Below are positions 29,976 to 41,418 of a DNA stretch of 59,312 bases, one piece after another. The translations under genes and the position numbers were made by a program. Within the stretch, counting starts at the first letter, position 1. The number at the start of each line of letters is the position of its first letter. The notes beneath the pieces were generated by a model that did no database searches, was not told the DNA's origin, and saw only the letters and a list, made by a program, of their open reading frames with translations. The DNA is from Seison nebaliae (lineage: Eukaryota): the NCBI GenBank assembly GCA_023231475.1, contig JALJEE010001228.1:62001-121312 (forward strand). Reading direction: 5' to 3'.

Positions 29976-31297
29976 GGAGAGTCACGTTTGATATATCCAT
30001 AAAAACAGTAATAATTATGAATTGTAGCACATAAATTCTTTCCTAGTAATCTATAACTGTCTTCTGTATATGGGATTCTTGTCTTCCCTACTAAATATGA
30101 GAAGAAAGAAACTTCTAATGTGTAACAATGACATTTTTCGTCAAGCACGCCACCTAATGTTCGTCTTCCAGTTCCTAATTTAATTGCATCTCGATTAAAT
30201 GAAGTATTAGTTAAAGAAAAATCTTCTGCTTGATCACAGAGTAATTTTGGTAAGATTCCATGTTGACTTGCTTTCTTCCCGTCTTCATACGCATTACCAT
30301 ACATAAAACCATTCATTAGAGTTGAATGTGCGTGAATGTCGATGTAGAAATCAGGTTTGTGAGTTGGCGGTCCATTTAACACTAACTGTTTCGCTGCCCA
30401 TAATTCTGGATGTATATTCTTCAACGGATCTTGCCACACTCGATTCAAATCGACACCTGGTAACGAACATCTGTAATTGCCCAAACATACACCGTCAGGA
30501 TTCATCATTGGGATAATTTTGAAAATGACATGTTCTCTCAATAATCTGGCTCGTGGATCATTTGACACCAGAAATTTTATCGCTCCTTCCATAACGAATG
30601 AAGACGGTGTCTCACCAGGATGTATTCGGGCAGTTAAAAATACCACATGTTTTTCATTAGTTCCATGAAATAAAGACGGTGCCGCAATTATTAATAAATC
30701 GATTGTTCTCTTTTGATTTGTGCTTAGTTCAAGTGCTGTTCGTCGAAGACATGGTAATTCCAATTCTTCCAATCGTTCCAGGAAATATTGAAGATCTCTA
30801 TAGGTATAAGGATAACAATAAGCGAAGGAATATTTGTCTTTCGGATTGTCGAAACAGAATACGAAAGTCATCACATAATTCTTCTTATGATCAGGACATC
30901 GATAATAAAATGAATGTTTCGTCGGTATTCTCTGCCAATGTGGTCGAGAAGTAGAAAAGACCATCGGTGCCATTCCTTCACGATAAAGGGATTTGCTTTT
31001 GCTGAAATTGACAATATTAAGAATCACCGATTGCTTCATTGTCGTATTCTCTACGGTGAAATAAAACCATACTCTAAATCGGGAATTAGCGGTATCCGGT
31101 CGAATGAAAAGATCATATTCATTCTCACAAATATAGTCAACACGACCAAGATTGCCACACTCAAAATTCGCATCAAATATCAAGTCCCCAGGTCGAGGTC
31201 CACCTTTCCAACTTGGTGGAATAATTGCCACTTTATGTAAATTTCCTGGACTCTCTGAAGTATCGATAATACTACTACTTCTCCAATTCGATTCCAT
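29969..31297 (-). CDS. AGBL4: Cytosolic carboxypeptidase 6 (tubulin deglutamylase), intronless
   Basis: FDANFECGNL, YDLFIRPDT..RFRVWF, ARIHPGETPSS (Zn-binding HxxE), NPDGV.LGNYR, DIHAHS, YTLEVSF. Confidence 0.93.
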   Translation of the reverse strand: MESNWRSSSIIDTSESPGNLHKVAIIPPSWKGGPRPGDLIFDANFECGNLGRVDYICENEYDLFIRPDTANSRFRVWFYFTVENTTMKQSVILNIVNFSKSKSLYREGMAPMVFSTSRPHWQRIPTKHSFYYRCPDHKKNYVMTFVFCFDNPKDKYSFAYCYPYTYRDLQYFLERLEELELPCLRRTALELSTNQKRTIDLLIIAAPSLFHGTNEKHVVFLTARIHPGETPSSFVMEGAIKFLVSNDPRARLLREHVIFKIIPMMNPDGVCLGNYRCSLPGVDLNRVWQDPLKNIHPELWAAKQLVLNGPPTHKPDFYIDIHAHSTLMNGFMYGNAYEDGKKASQHGILPKLLCDQAEDFSLTNTSFNRDAIKLGTGRRTLGGVLDEKCHCYTLEVSFFSYLVGKTRIPYTEDSYRLLGKNLCATIHNYYCFYGYIKRDSPY

Positions 31298-31687
31298 CTC
31301 CCAGTAAACAATGTTACCTTATCAACGGATTGGTGCTAACAGAATTCAGGTAGAATAACACAAAAATTTATTGGCAATATATAGCCGAGTAATTTAGTAG
31401 ACTATTCTTTAAAAGTTGAGCCAATGAAGTTGAAGGCCAAAACTGAACTAACTTCTGTGACCCTAAGAAAACCATATGCGTTTCTAATATCCTCGAAATG
31501 CGTAAGTCAAATTCACTTTACATTAGATTTATTATACAAGAGGAATGAGTGTGAACGATTTCGAAATTTGAATAAAAAGAGAAACTGTTCACGATCAACA
31601 ATTGGGAAACAATTAGGAAAACTTAAAAATAAAAAACTATAAAATAGAAAAATGAAACGGAAAATAAGAATGCCTCTCCATCATCTG

Positions 31688-32146
31688 TCAGTTAAAAACG
31701 GTTATTCCACACAAGAATACGATGATCGTTATTGGATAACTGTATTGTCTTCTCACTGATAAATTGGAATTGGATGAAACTGTTCGTTTCAGTTTGTTAG
31801 CGGTCGGATAAGTTCGTTCGAATTTGAAAATTTTTCGTCTTCTACCGTCGGTTGCTGCTCGAATTTCGATTTGGAATTCTTTTCGGAACTGAATGTTGAA
31901 ATCGGAATGTATCCTCAACACATTTGAATCATGTCTCTGGAAAATATGATGTCTCAAATCTTTCCCATGATTTAAATGTTGATATCTAGAAAGTGATTGA
32001 TTCACAAACGAATTAATGAGTTTATTCCGAGATCCGATGATATTATACGTCTTCGACAACTCAACTAAAACTAAAAGAAATTTGATATGTTGGAAATTGA
32101 GAAAATATGAAAAACTTGTCATTAGGATATATTGAAGAAACTTCAT
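31688..32146 (-). CDS. Small putative secreted or GPI-anchored protein, unknown function
   Basis: Removing a 45-nt GTT..AG intron gives signal-like MKFLQYILMTILVELSKT. Hydrophobic C-terminus PITIIVFLCGITVFN. No homolog recognised. Confidence 0.4.
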   Translation of the reverse strand: MKFLQYILMTSFSYFLNFQHIKFLLVLVELSKTYNIIGSRNKLINSFVNQSLSRYQHLNHGKDLRHHIFQRHDSNVLRIHSDFNIQFRKEFQIEIRAATDGRRRKIFKFERTYPTANKLKRTVSSNSNLSVRRQYSYPITIIVFLCGITVFN

Positions 32147-32823
32147 AATGATAATAATGTGATGAATTGTCTCGAAACTCCTACAAATGAAAAACGATTT
32201 GAAAGAGATTTAAAGAAGGGATTCTTCCTGTCTCTAATGAAAAAACAACTCGGATATTCCACTTGAAACGATATTCCGACTAGTCTTGACTTTCTTGTTC
32301 TCCAACGGTAATAATATGAGTGTGTTGCTAATTAATTCTCGTAAATTTTATTTTCCTTTTGTTCCACTTGATTTCTCGAACGCGCAAATTTCTCTAATAT
32401 ACAACGGTATCTCTCTATAAAACTTCCATAACATACGTCATTGTCTACGTCATCTTTTCCTATTTTATCTCTCGTCACTTCTACGACACAAGGAATAGCT
32501 AATGAAAATATCCAAAAAACCGTTAGTAATAATTTTTATGATCTACACGTATGGTTAAGTGAATCACAATACCGTTAATTATAATAGTATAATATTCAAA
32601 TAAAATTAACTTATATTGTACTATCGCCCAATTTTCGATGATCAAATTATCGGAAAAAGAGTTCAATGATAATAAATATAAATCTGACCGATGAGAGAAT
32701 ATGATGCACAAAGTATGTGTATCAATCTGAATTAATTTCCTTTAGAAATATTTTCAACGTTAGTTCTCACAGTGACTTCTTTAGAGGTTTGATATTGAAA
32801 TTTTTTATTTTATAGTTTTTGAA

Positions 32824-33099
32824 GATTGTATTACTGCTTATCCTTAAGAAATATTTTTATATCAGTCTGAAGACTAAGTTTCAGAAAATCCGAAAAAATT
32901 TCTTTCAGATAATTCGAAAAGATTATAATTATTAAAAAATTAAGATTTTTTTTCAGATAATCAGAAAAAAATATTTAACATCAAAATTGAAACTTAAATT
33001 TTTCGGATTATTTGAAAAAAAATTCATTTTTCGATTAATGTTAGTTAGTCTTCAGACCGATAAAAAAAATATTTCCTTCTGATAAACTGTAGTACAATC
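32824..33099. mobile_element. Foldback/MITE-like inverted repeat (~275 bp)
   Basis: Left arm GATTGTATTACTGCTTATCCTTAAGAAATATTTTTATATCAGTCTGAAGACTAA versus reverse complement of right arm GATTGTACTACAGTTTATCAGAAGGAAATATTTTTTTTATCGGTCTGAAGACTAA. The right end ACTG|TA is Tc1/mariner-like. Confidence 0.75.
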
Positions 33100-35162
33100 G
33101 TTTTTGAATTGCTTTGAATCTCGTAACTTTTCATTTAAAATTATCTTCATTCAGTTTTTATGGTTATCGGATTTATGGCTTATTTTATTCAATTTAAAAC
33201 GTCAAATTGCAATTATGTATGACAAAACTATAATTTGTGGAATTTGTGTGGAATTGACAACTTAATAAACAAGGGAAATGTTTAAGAATCATAAAATTTG
33301 AGTAAATTTAAAGAACGAAAATAAATTCGATTGAACAATATTATATCGATTAAAGAAAAGAAACTTTTAATTGTAAGTAAAATGAGTAGTAAGTGTATTG
33401 CACTTTAATTGTGGAAGATACAAGGAAATTTAGTTGTCGTTCTATAACAATATCAGTTTGAGTGATTAATCGATCAATTTGGAAGTTGGAAAAATGCCAA
33501 ATCAATCAATTGGATCAAAGAAACGATAAAACTTCAAATGAAGACATATTGATAAAAGAGAAATATGAAAGAATCGATAATTCTCAAATGCCATAAGAAA
33601 ATGTAGATGGAAGAGAGAACGAATGAATGATTAATAAGAAGTAGCTAAAATTTCAAAAAGAGTAAGAATTAAATTTGAATGAAAATGAAAAGAATTCAAC
33701 GGATTTCTTATTCTCGTAATAAAATGAATATAAATAGGAGAGAGGTCGTTCTCACCGTCGTCCGCCCTTCAACTGCAGGATGTGAGTATTAGGAACAGTG
33801 AAAGGACAGCAGACGTAGTTATGGAAATTTCAAAGTTTTTCTCATTCGAATTACTACATCCATTTTTGCCTCTTTCTATTTATTTTGGAATTAATTCGAA
33901 TCATCTCCCATTTGCCGAAAGGCAACAAAATAATCTTTTTCAAAAAAGAGATATGATCAACTGAAATTTGGAACATCGTCTTTTTATAGTCTGAATCTGA
34001 AGATGGAGGTTGAAAAGGCAATTTCATTTCACCTTTTTGGAAATGCCGCATCCATTCTGATACAAATCCCCAGACCGTCACAATAGTCTTTCGTAAATGA
34101 ATAAAAAAAAAAACAAAATTTGTTTGTTGAATTTTAAGTTTGACCTTTCCCAATCTCCATTTTCTTCTCTTCTTCGTGATTTGCAGAAATGTTGAATTGG
34201 TGAAGGTAAAAGAAATGATTTGACATCTATGTCCCCACACACACACACACACTATATGACATGGAGTGATACTTTTGTATGTTACGAAAAAGGATTTCTT
34301 CTCTATTTTTCTTTCTCCAAAGTAATTTTTTTCCCTAATTAAAATTTTCAAGAAATAAAATTTTTTCAACTTTCCTCAATGAAAATTCATTAAAACATTG
34401 TGTAGTTGAGTTAAGTGGAGGATACGATTATCGATTTCTTCTAATCGATAAATATGATGATAATAATTGATTTCATGTTAAAATTATGTAATTGATTGTG
34501 AGAGAGGAGGGAATGAAATCGAAATAGACGAGAGGAATGGTGATCGAATGGTGATAAAAATAGTTTGTTGTTAGAAGTGCGAGTAAGGAAATTGGAATCT
34601 GTTTCTTCAATTTCCTTCTTCATTCATCTTTCCCAATAATAACTCGTTCTAGACATTGGAGAGAAGAAATTGACTTGGTATGTTTCTAGAAAAAAATTGA
34701 AAAAAAAACTCAATAACTTTTTTTCTAAAATTTCGAGAATTTTGTTCATTCTTCATTTTGGAGAAAGGAAAGTATTCGATTTTGTTTCATGAATCTGAAA
34801 TACGTTTTGTTTTAACGAGTTTCTTATTAAAAGAAAGGTGAGAGAAAGTTTGAAAGATTTTGAGAAAAAAAAAGCGTCGAATGGAATTGAAGAGGAAATG
34901 TTTCTAATTTATTTCGATCGAAGATAAAGTTGGACATTGTTCTTAATGGATGATTAATCACTTCATTTATCTCACCAGATTATTTATGTTTATGTCGATT
35001 AATGACGTTATCTAATTGGGTGAAAGTGTAAATTTGTTAGAATTTTTGATTTAATGGGAACCATATCTACCTGATTATTTATCATATCGGAACGTTTATC
35101 TATTGGACATCTGGAGAAAATTCATCAAATTCAGATGTGATAAATTTTGAGTGGAATCGAAC

Positions 35163-36871
35163 ATGAGTCTAACCAACATCTTCCATCAACACGATGAAGT
35201 GTCACTGATGCAAATGTTGAACGATCTGCCTAGTGAATGGCATCGATCTGGTGTGATTCGTTTCAATGACGAAGGAGCATTTGGTCAGGATCCGAATCGG
35301 AATTTAATTCTCAAGACATTTGGGAACGCTGGACGTTCGACGGCAACTTGTATCGCTTGTAATGAAGAATTGAATATCTACGATCGTTTTCCGTTAATTA
35401 ACGGAATTTTCTTCCTCTCCAATCAAATGTATACATTGACGCAAGGACAGAAGACGCAAGATGCACGTCATAAATTTATCGGTTTGAAAATTTCTCCGAC
35501 AATGTGGAATAATTATTTGGTGAATTCGAATTTGATTGCGGCGAATGGAGGACATGCAATTTCAATAAAGAAGAAATCACAAAAATCTTCACATCAATCG
35601 ACAAATGCGAATACGCAGAATCTGCTGATGGAGAGAAATGAGATTTTACAAAAAGTATTGAGAACAATATCGATAACTATGTCGCCTGGAACTTATAAAT
35701 CTGCGAAGAAATTCATGATACAATTGGGAACGATGAAGGAAATGAATCAGAAGATGTGCATTTATGCTGTCTGTATAAAATGTTTGTGGAAGTTGGTTAA
35801 TATACCGAAAAATAAACATTTATATGAAACGAATAATTTGAAAGAGAAAGAAGAAGCTAAAAAATTTACAATGTGTCAATATTGCAATTGTCGATTACTT
35901 TTACGATTACCATCTGTCGTCATTGGAACGGTTTATACTTATGACATTTTTGCAACGTCACTCAATTGTTGCGATAGGAAATTCCGATGTAAACAATGTG
36001 GAACGGATCTATCAACATTGTCACTCATAATTTTTAGTCAAAAGAAATTGAAACATTTAAATCAAAGTTCAAATTCGTCATCAATTTCTCATTGTAGCAG
36101 TTCAACCAGTTTGAGCAGTAATGGAAGTAATCGATCAATTAACGAGATTTTAAATGATCAAACATCTCCATCATCATCATCATCATCAATTTCTTCCTCT
36201 CTCCAAATGGGAGGCAGATCACAATTGACGAATTCTTTGAGTAATTTCGATTATAAAATTATTGATAAAGTGGAATCATTAGATATATTATCAGCATTCT
36301 CTGATTATTATTGTTGTCCTTATTGTCATCATATGGCTCAGTTGTTGTTGGATTGTGAGCAGATGTTATTTCCATGGCAATCGAAAATAACGGAATGTAA
36401 CTCGACAGTTAATTGGACATATAAATCACCCACATTCTTCCACAAACAATCTTCTCAATACCCATCTGAAATTCAATCGTCATATAATAGTGATGTGAAT
36501 TCAGGATTTTATTATCATCAACAACAACAACAACAACATCCTAATCATCATCATCATCATCATGGAAATCAGATGAACGTACAGAAAGGATTCGTCCGTC
36601 CAACACAAGCTCAATCATGTCAGATATTTTCCAGATTAACAACGTCACCAATAAAAGATTCACATTATCATCCATTTACTTCGAGTAATGAGGAGAATAC
36701 ATCAGAATTATTTCAATCGAAATTCTCAGAACCGAATAGTTTCTTTGAAAGAAATAGAAATTTAACATCAATTTATGAACAATGTTCTTCATCCAATAAT
36801 TCTGCTGCTTTCACTTCAAGAAATTCATTAAGTTCTTCTAATCAAAATCATGAACGATCCATTCTATTCTC

Positions 36872-36905
<34 letters not shown>

Positions 36906-37715
36906 CTTCTTTCAAAACAACAAATGACAAATGAGAATAGTCGAATGGCATTTAGTTTAGATTCAGGTAATTTATCATCAAGTTCCGATGTTCCTAATAC
37001 GTCATTCATCAACGATTTTAATGTACAAACGAGATTACATCGAATGTCATCAACCACGACTAATCCGATTCGATCACTTCATTCAGTCGATCATGAATCA
37101 TTACGTCGTTTGAAATTGCAACCACAACGTGGTTATCATCATTCATTTAATCATCCGCCGAATTATATTCGTCAACAACATTATCCATATTCTGGTGGAT
37201 TTAATGGTGGGGGAAGTCCATCAGTTCGATCGCCTATGAATTTGATTAATCGTTCTAACTGTCTCAATTATCCGGAGCAGAATTCTTCCAATTCATCATC
37301 TGTTGCATTCATGCGAGACACTCAACAACAATTCATTCGAAACAATCCATATCAACGAGATTCTTATGACGCTCAACAATATCAGAGGAATTCGACGATG
37401 CATTCGAATAATAGTAGTGCATTCGGTAGTTCGGATAGTATCAATTATGGAATGAATAGTAATTCTTCATCGTTTGGTGAACGAGCACAATTCCAACAAT
37501 CATTAACAGACACTCATCATCCAACATCGAAAGCATCAGCTAATATCCATCGATGGATGAACCATCAAACAAATCCATCAGAAATCTCAATAGAACAACG
37601 AGATCCTTTACAATCGCAAATCTATTCAGAAGATGTCGAGTTTATGCGTGATTCATTCTCAAAGTTTCACTTCGATGATCGATCAGATCATAGTCCACAT
37701 AATTCATATCGATAA
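35163..37715 (+). CDS. hdc: Headcase-like protein (HECA C-terminal Cys domain plus long Q/H/S/N-rich tail), single ORF
   Basis: CIAC..L.IYDRFPLINGIFFLS, AVCIKCL, GTVYTYDIFA...CC..RC..C, FS.Y..CPYC. First ATG at 35163. Possible upstream intron 34678-35134. Confidence 0.85.
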
Positions 37716-38529
37716 CGATGGAAAATCGATGGGAGAAACCGTCGTCGATCGTTTCTTACATTCAGTCTAGATTAGTGGAGATGCAGAAAGAAACTTGATT
37801 CGTCAACTCCATTTTATTTTGTAAGTTCTGATAATATATATAAATATATATTCAAATATTTTTCTTCGATAATTTTTTGACGATTATTTTTTTATATAAT
37901 CTTCATTCGAATCTCAACGTTGAATTGCAAATTTATTTTCAAATTTTTCTTTTCACTTCATTCAACAGTACCACTCCCCTCTCGTATGTATTCATTGAGG
38001 ATGAGACGAATCAATTCCATTATTAATTTGGGAATGTGATTGACGAAAATGTGGAGTAGTGCCACCAGAAACCAAAGTGCTCTCCCGGTTCTTTCATTAG
38101 TCAACGGAACTTTTATGCTTATTATCTCATTTCTTCACAAAATTCTCTTCTTATTCTTTCTTCCATTCAAACCGAAATATTTTATTATGATGAGAATGTG
38201 AAGAGAGTTTTGTTCCATCATCAAACTTCTATTTTCTTCCGTTTTTATCCGATACTTATCTGATTGTTTTTATATATAAATAATTATTATTCAACTATTC
38301 AAATTCTTCAGTGTGCTCTTTCAGAGGAAATATTCTTCTCTTTTTCACTTAATTTGACGATATAGTTCCTGATATCATCATCTGCCCTTTTTTCCCAATT
38401 TCATTCTCCTTCATCTTCTTTTTTTTTATTATTATTTTATTTTTCTTCATTCATTCAAGAACGAACTTTCATTAACATATATTATATATATATATATATA
38501 TAATCGAAAAACAGGTATTTAAATTTTTA

Positions 38530-39891
38530 TTAAATTGTTTTCATTTCATATATTCTCATCTTCTTTTCATTCGTTACTCCACAAACATTCTTCCCATTAA
38601 ACAACATAGAAATGTCATTAAAGATCGTGGAACCTGACATCTGAATATAATCATCGTCATCATCATTAAATTAAATTCAATCACTCAAGAATGATTTTAA
38701 AAGAAATTGTTAACTTTGTGTCTCCAAAGAATTTTCTGAGTGTCAGTATCCCAATAAATTAGTTGTCCATCAAAACCGATCGTGACAATTGATCGACCAT
38801 TAACATTCGATATAATTCGATTAATAATTCCATGGTGAACTTTTAATTAGAATTGATACTATAAAATCATTAAAAAAAACCAGTAGGATATTTGATAGGA
38901 CCATCTTTCCGATAACGACCGGTAGCAATATCCCATGACAATATTTCTCCATGCCAATTACCGCAAATTATATTTCGTTCATCACAAGTTAATGTAAAAG
39001 TGGAAATTGAACTATTTGTCGTCCTATAAATGCAATTTAATAATTTTTAAAAATTCGATTTTTTTTTTCAAAAAAAAAACTTCAATTTACAAATATGGGA
39101 AGCTGTTGTAGCATCAGTGATAGAAATAGATCCATCTAAACTGGATGAAATAATTTGATGACCATTTGAAGAGAACATAATTTTCGTGATACTTCTCTTA
39201 TGAATCGACCGAATGGTTAACGTGTGTTTTATATCTCGATAGAATTGAAAGTTCATACCGTTGCCATGGCCTATTTTCCATTTCTTAATGATTGGAATTG
39301 TCCACTCGTCAAATGCGACGATAAGAAATTGACGATCACAACTCACATCGAGAGACGAGATTGGACCAAAACATTTTTCTTTCCACAAAATTTCTTCTCC
39401 ATTGAACTTCGACATACAGACCATGGAATCCCAACCGCCGGAAATCATAAAAAATTCGTCATACCAAAATTGAGGAGATGGATCATATACTTGACAGCTG
39501 ATAACGGCAGTGCAACGATCGGTATGTGGTTTGACAGATGTGAGAATTGTTAGTTGTTTATCGTCAATTTGACATAAATTAATCGATCCGTCTACTTTCC
39601 AAATAATTAAATGTTTCAATGAAACATCTAAATCTTCTTCCGCTTTAACGACAGAGGATTGTGGCGTCTTCTCTTCCAAAATATTCACCACTATTTTTTC
39701 GAATCGTTTCTCATTAATTGATCGATCAAAACTTCGACCAGATAAACATGTTCGTTGATCGATTAAACTTAAACCGACTGCCTCTACTTCCAAGTTGAAA
39801 ACATTTTGACTTTTCTGTAATTAATGAAATTTTCATTAAAAATTCTGAGTGATTATCTAACGATTGTCAAATCGGTAGTTGAGGTGACCAT
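38530..39891 (-). CDS. WD40-repeat protein, ~5 exons
   Basis: ISGGWDSMV, IISSSLDGSISITD, ICGNWHGEILSWD, TIGFDGQLIYWD. Exons join in frame through GTT..AG introns. Start codon uncertain. Confidence 0.8.
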
Positions 39892-41418
39892 CGGTTTTCC
39901 CTTGGACAATTAACCAAATTTATTATTTGATTGATCTCTTTAATTCTCTCATTGCTATGACAACTCTCTAATTGTCATTAGGCTTGCTTCTGACATTAAA
40001 CTTTATTCGTACTCACTCCTGTCAACTGAACTTGAGATGATTAATCACTTTCAATTATTTCGTTCCCCATTCATTTAGCAAGGACGTCAACTTAGCGATA
40101 TGTAGGTTAAAGACGCGCGATAATTCGTAATTTATTATCAAAATTTTTACATTAAATAACTAAGAAAATTAATTGTGGAAAGTTTTTATTGCCTGTTTAA
40201 GAAAATTAAGGGAACTTTAGAAGAAATTTTAGTAAAACTATCAATTATTTATCATATTTATGAAATTTAAATTTAAATTTTCGAAACAGAGACGAAACGA
40301 ATAGTAAGAAGTTAAAAGCGATGGGAAAATCATAAAATGACGTGAAAATACTATTTTTTGGATCTATTGTTACAAGCGAGTCTTCTAAATTGGGTAAGAT
40401 AAGAAGTGAGAAAGGATGATGTCACTAATGATTTCCCTATCGATTCTAACGGAAGAAATATGATAATTATATTTTGATGAGAACCGATAAGTTAGTCTCT
40501 CCAAACAATTATCTGAACGCACATCATTATTCATCATCACTTCTATTGACGAAAGAAGTTGTAATTCTTTTTTTGAATAAGTTTTTTGTCATTCGAAAAT
40601 GATCAAAGGCACAAAATTTTTGCTTCACTTGTTTCTTCTATTTTCAAATGAGAAATTAAATAAAGGAAAAGAAGGAAATCTGAAGGAAACTAATAGGAAG
40701 GAAGTTCAGAAACGATTTTGTTAATTTGATGAATTCGTGTCTCGAATGGAAGGAATATTGTCAAAAGAAAATTTACATGAGAAAATCATTTCGACAATTT
40801 CTTCTCATCAAATTTGTTGAGATGTAAGAGGAATAATAACTCGTCAGTAATACTCTACTGTTTGCTAATTAGAAAACTTACGAATTCGCCTTCATTTCAT
40901 TTTGAAGATTTAGGTCGATGAACATCAATTTTCCCAACTTATTTCCACCATACATTGGGAGAATATGATTTATCAAAAATTTCTATCTCATTTTCTTTTT
41001 AACTTTCTCTCAACAATTCATTGTCTCTCCACTCTTCTCAAATGTGTTTAATAATCGATCGTGATTTTAAAGATTATAATTGACGAAAATTGCATTGCCA
41101 CTAAAAAAAAAGATCAAAAGGAAAATCAAAAAAAAAGAAGTAGACAGAAAAGAAGCAATCGAACATAAATTCAAAATCAAGTCGTACATCGAATCTTTCT
41201 GTACATTATCCGAAACTAACACCTTTTTTGTCACAATCATTTCAAATAGCTCATGACATGATTGAGCAAGCATGAACGACAATATTGTCATTCTCGAACT
41301 GTTATGTAATGTAAAGTAAACAATAACAGTAATCAAAGTCTCGCTCCTAACGATTTTAATCGATCGAAAGTTGGACTGAAAAAACAAACAAAAAATATTT
41401 CATAAAAACTAGTGAACG

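Noticed and set aside
30322..31240. Antisense ORFs over AGBL4 (also over RPL18, NDUFS7, SLC10)
   Set aside because: Shadow ORFs of real coding sequence with no independent support.
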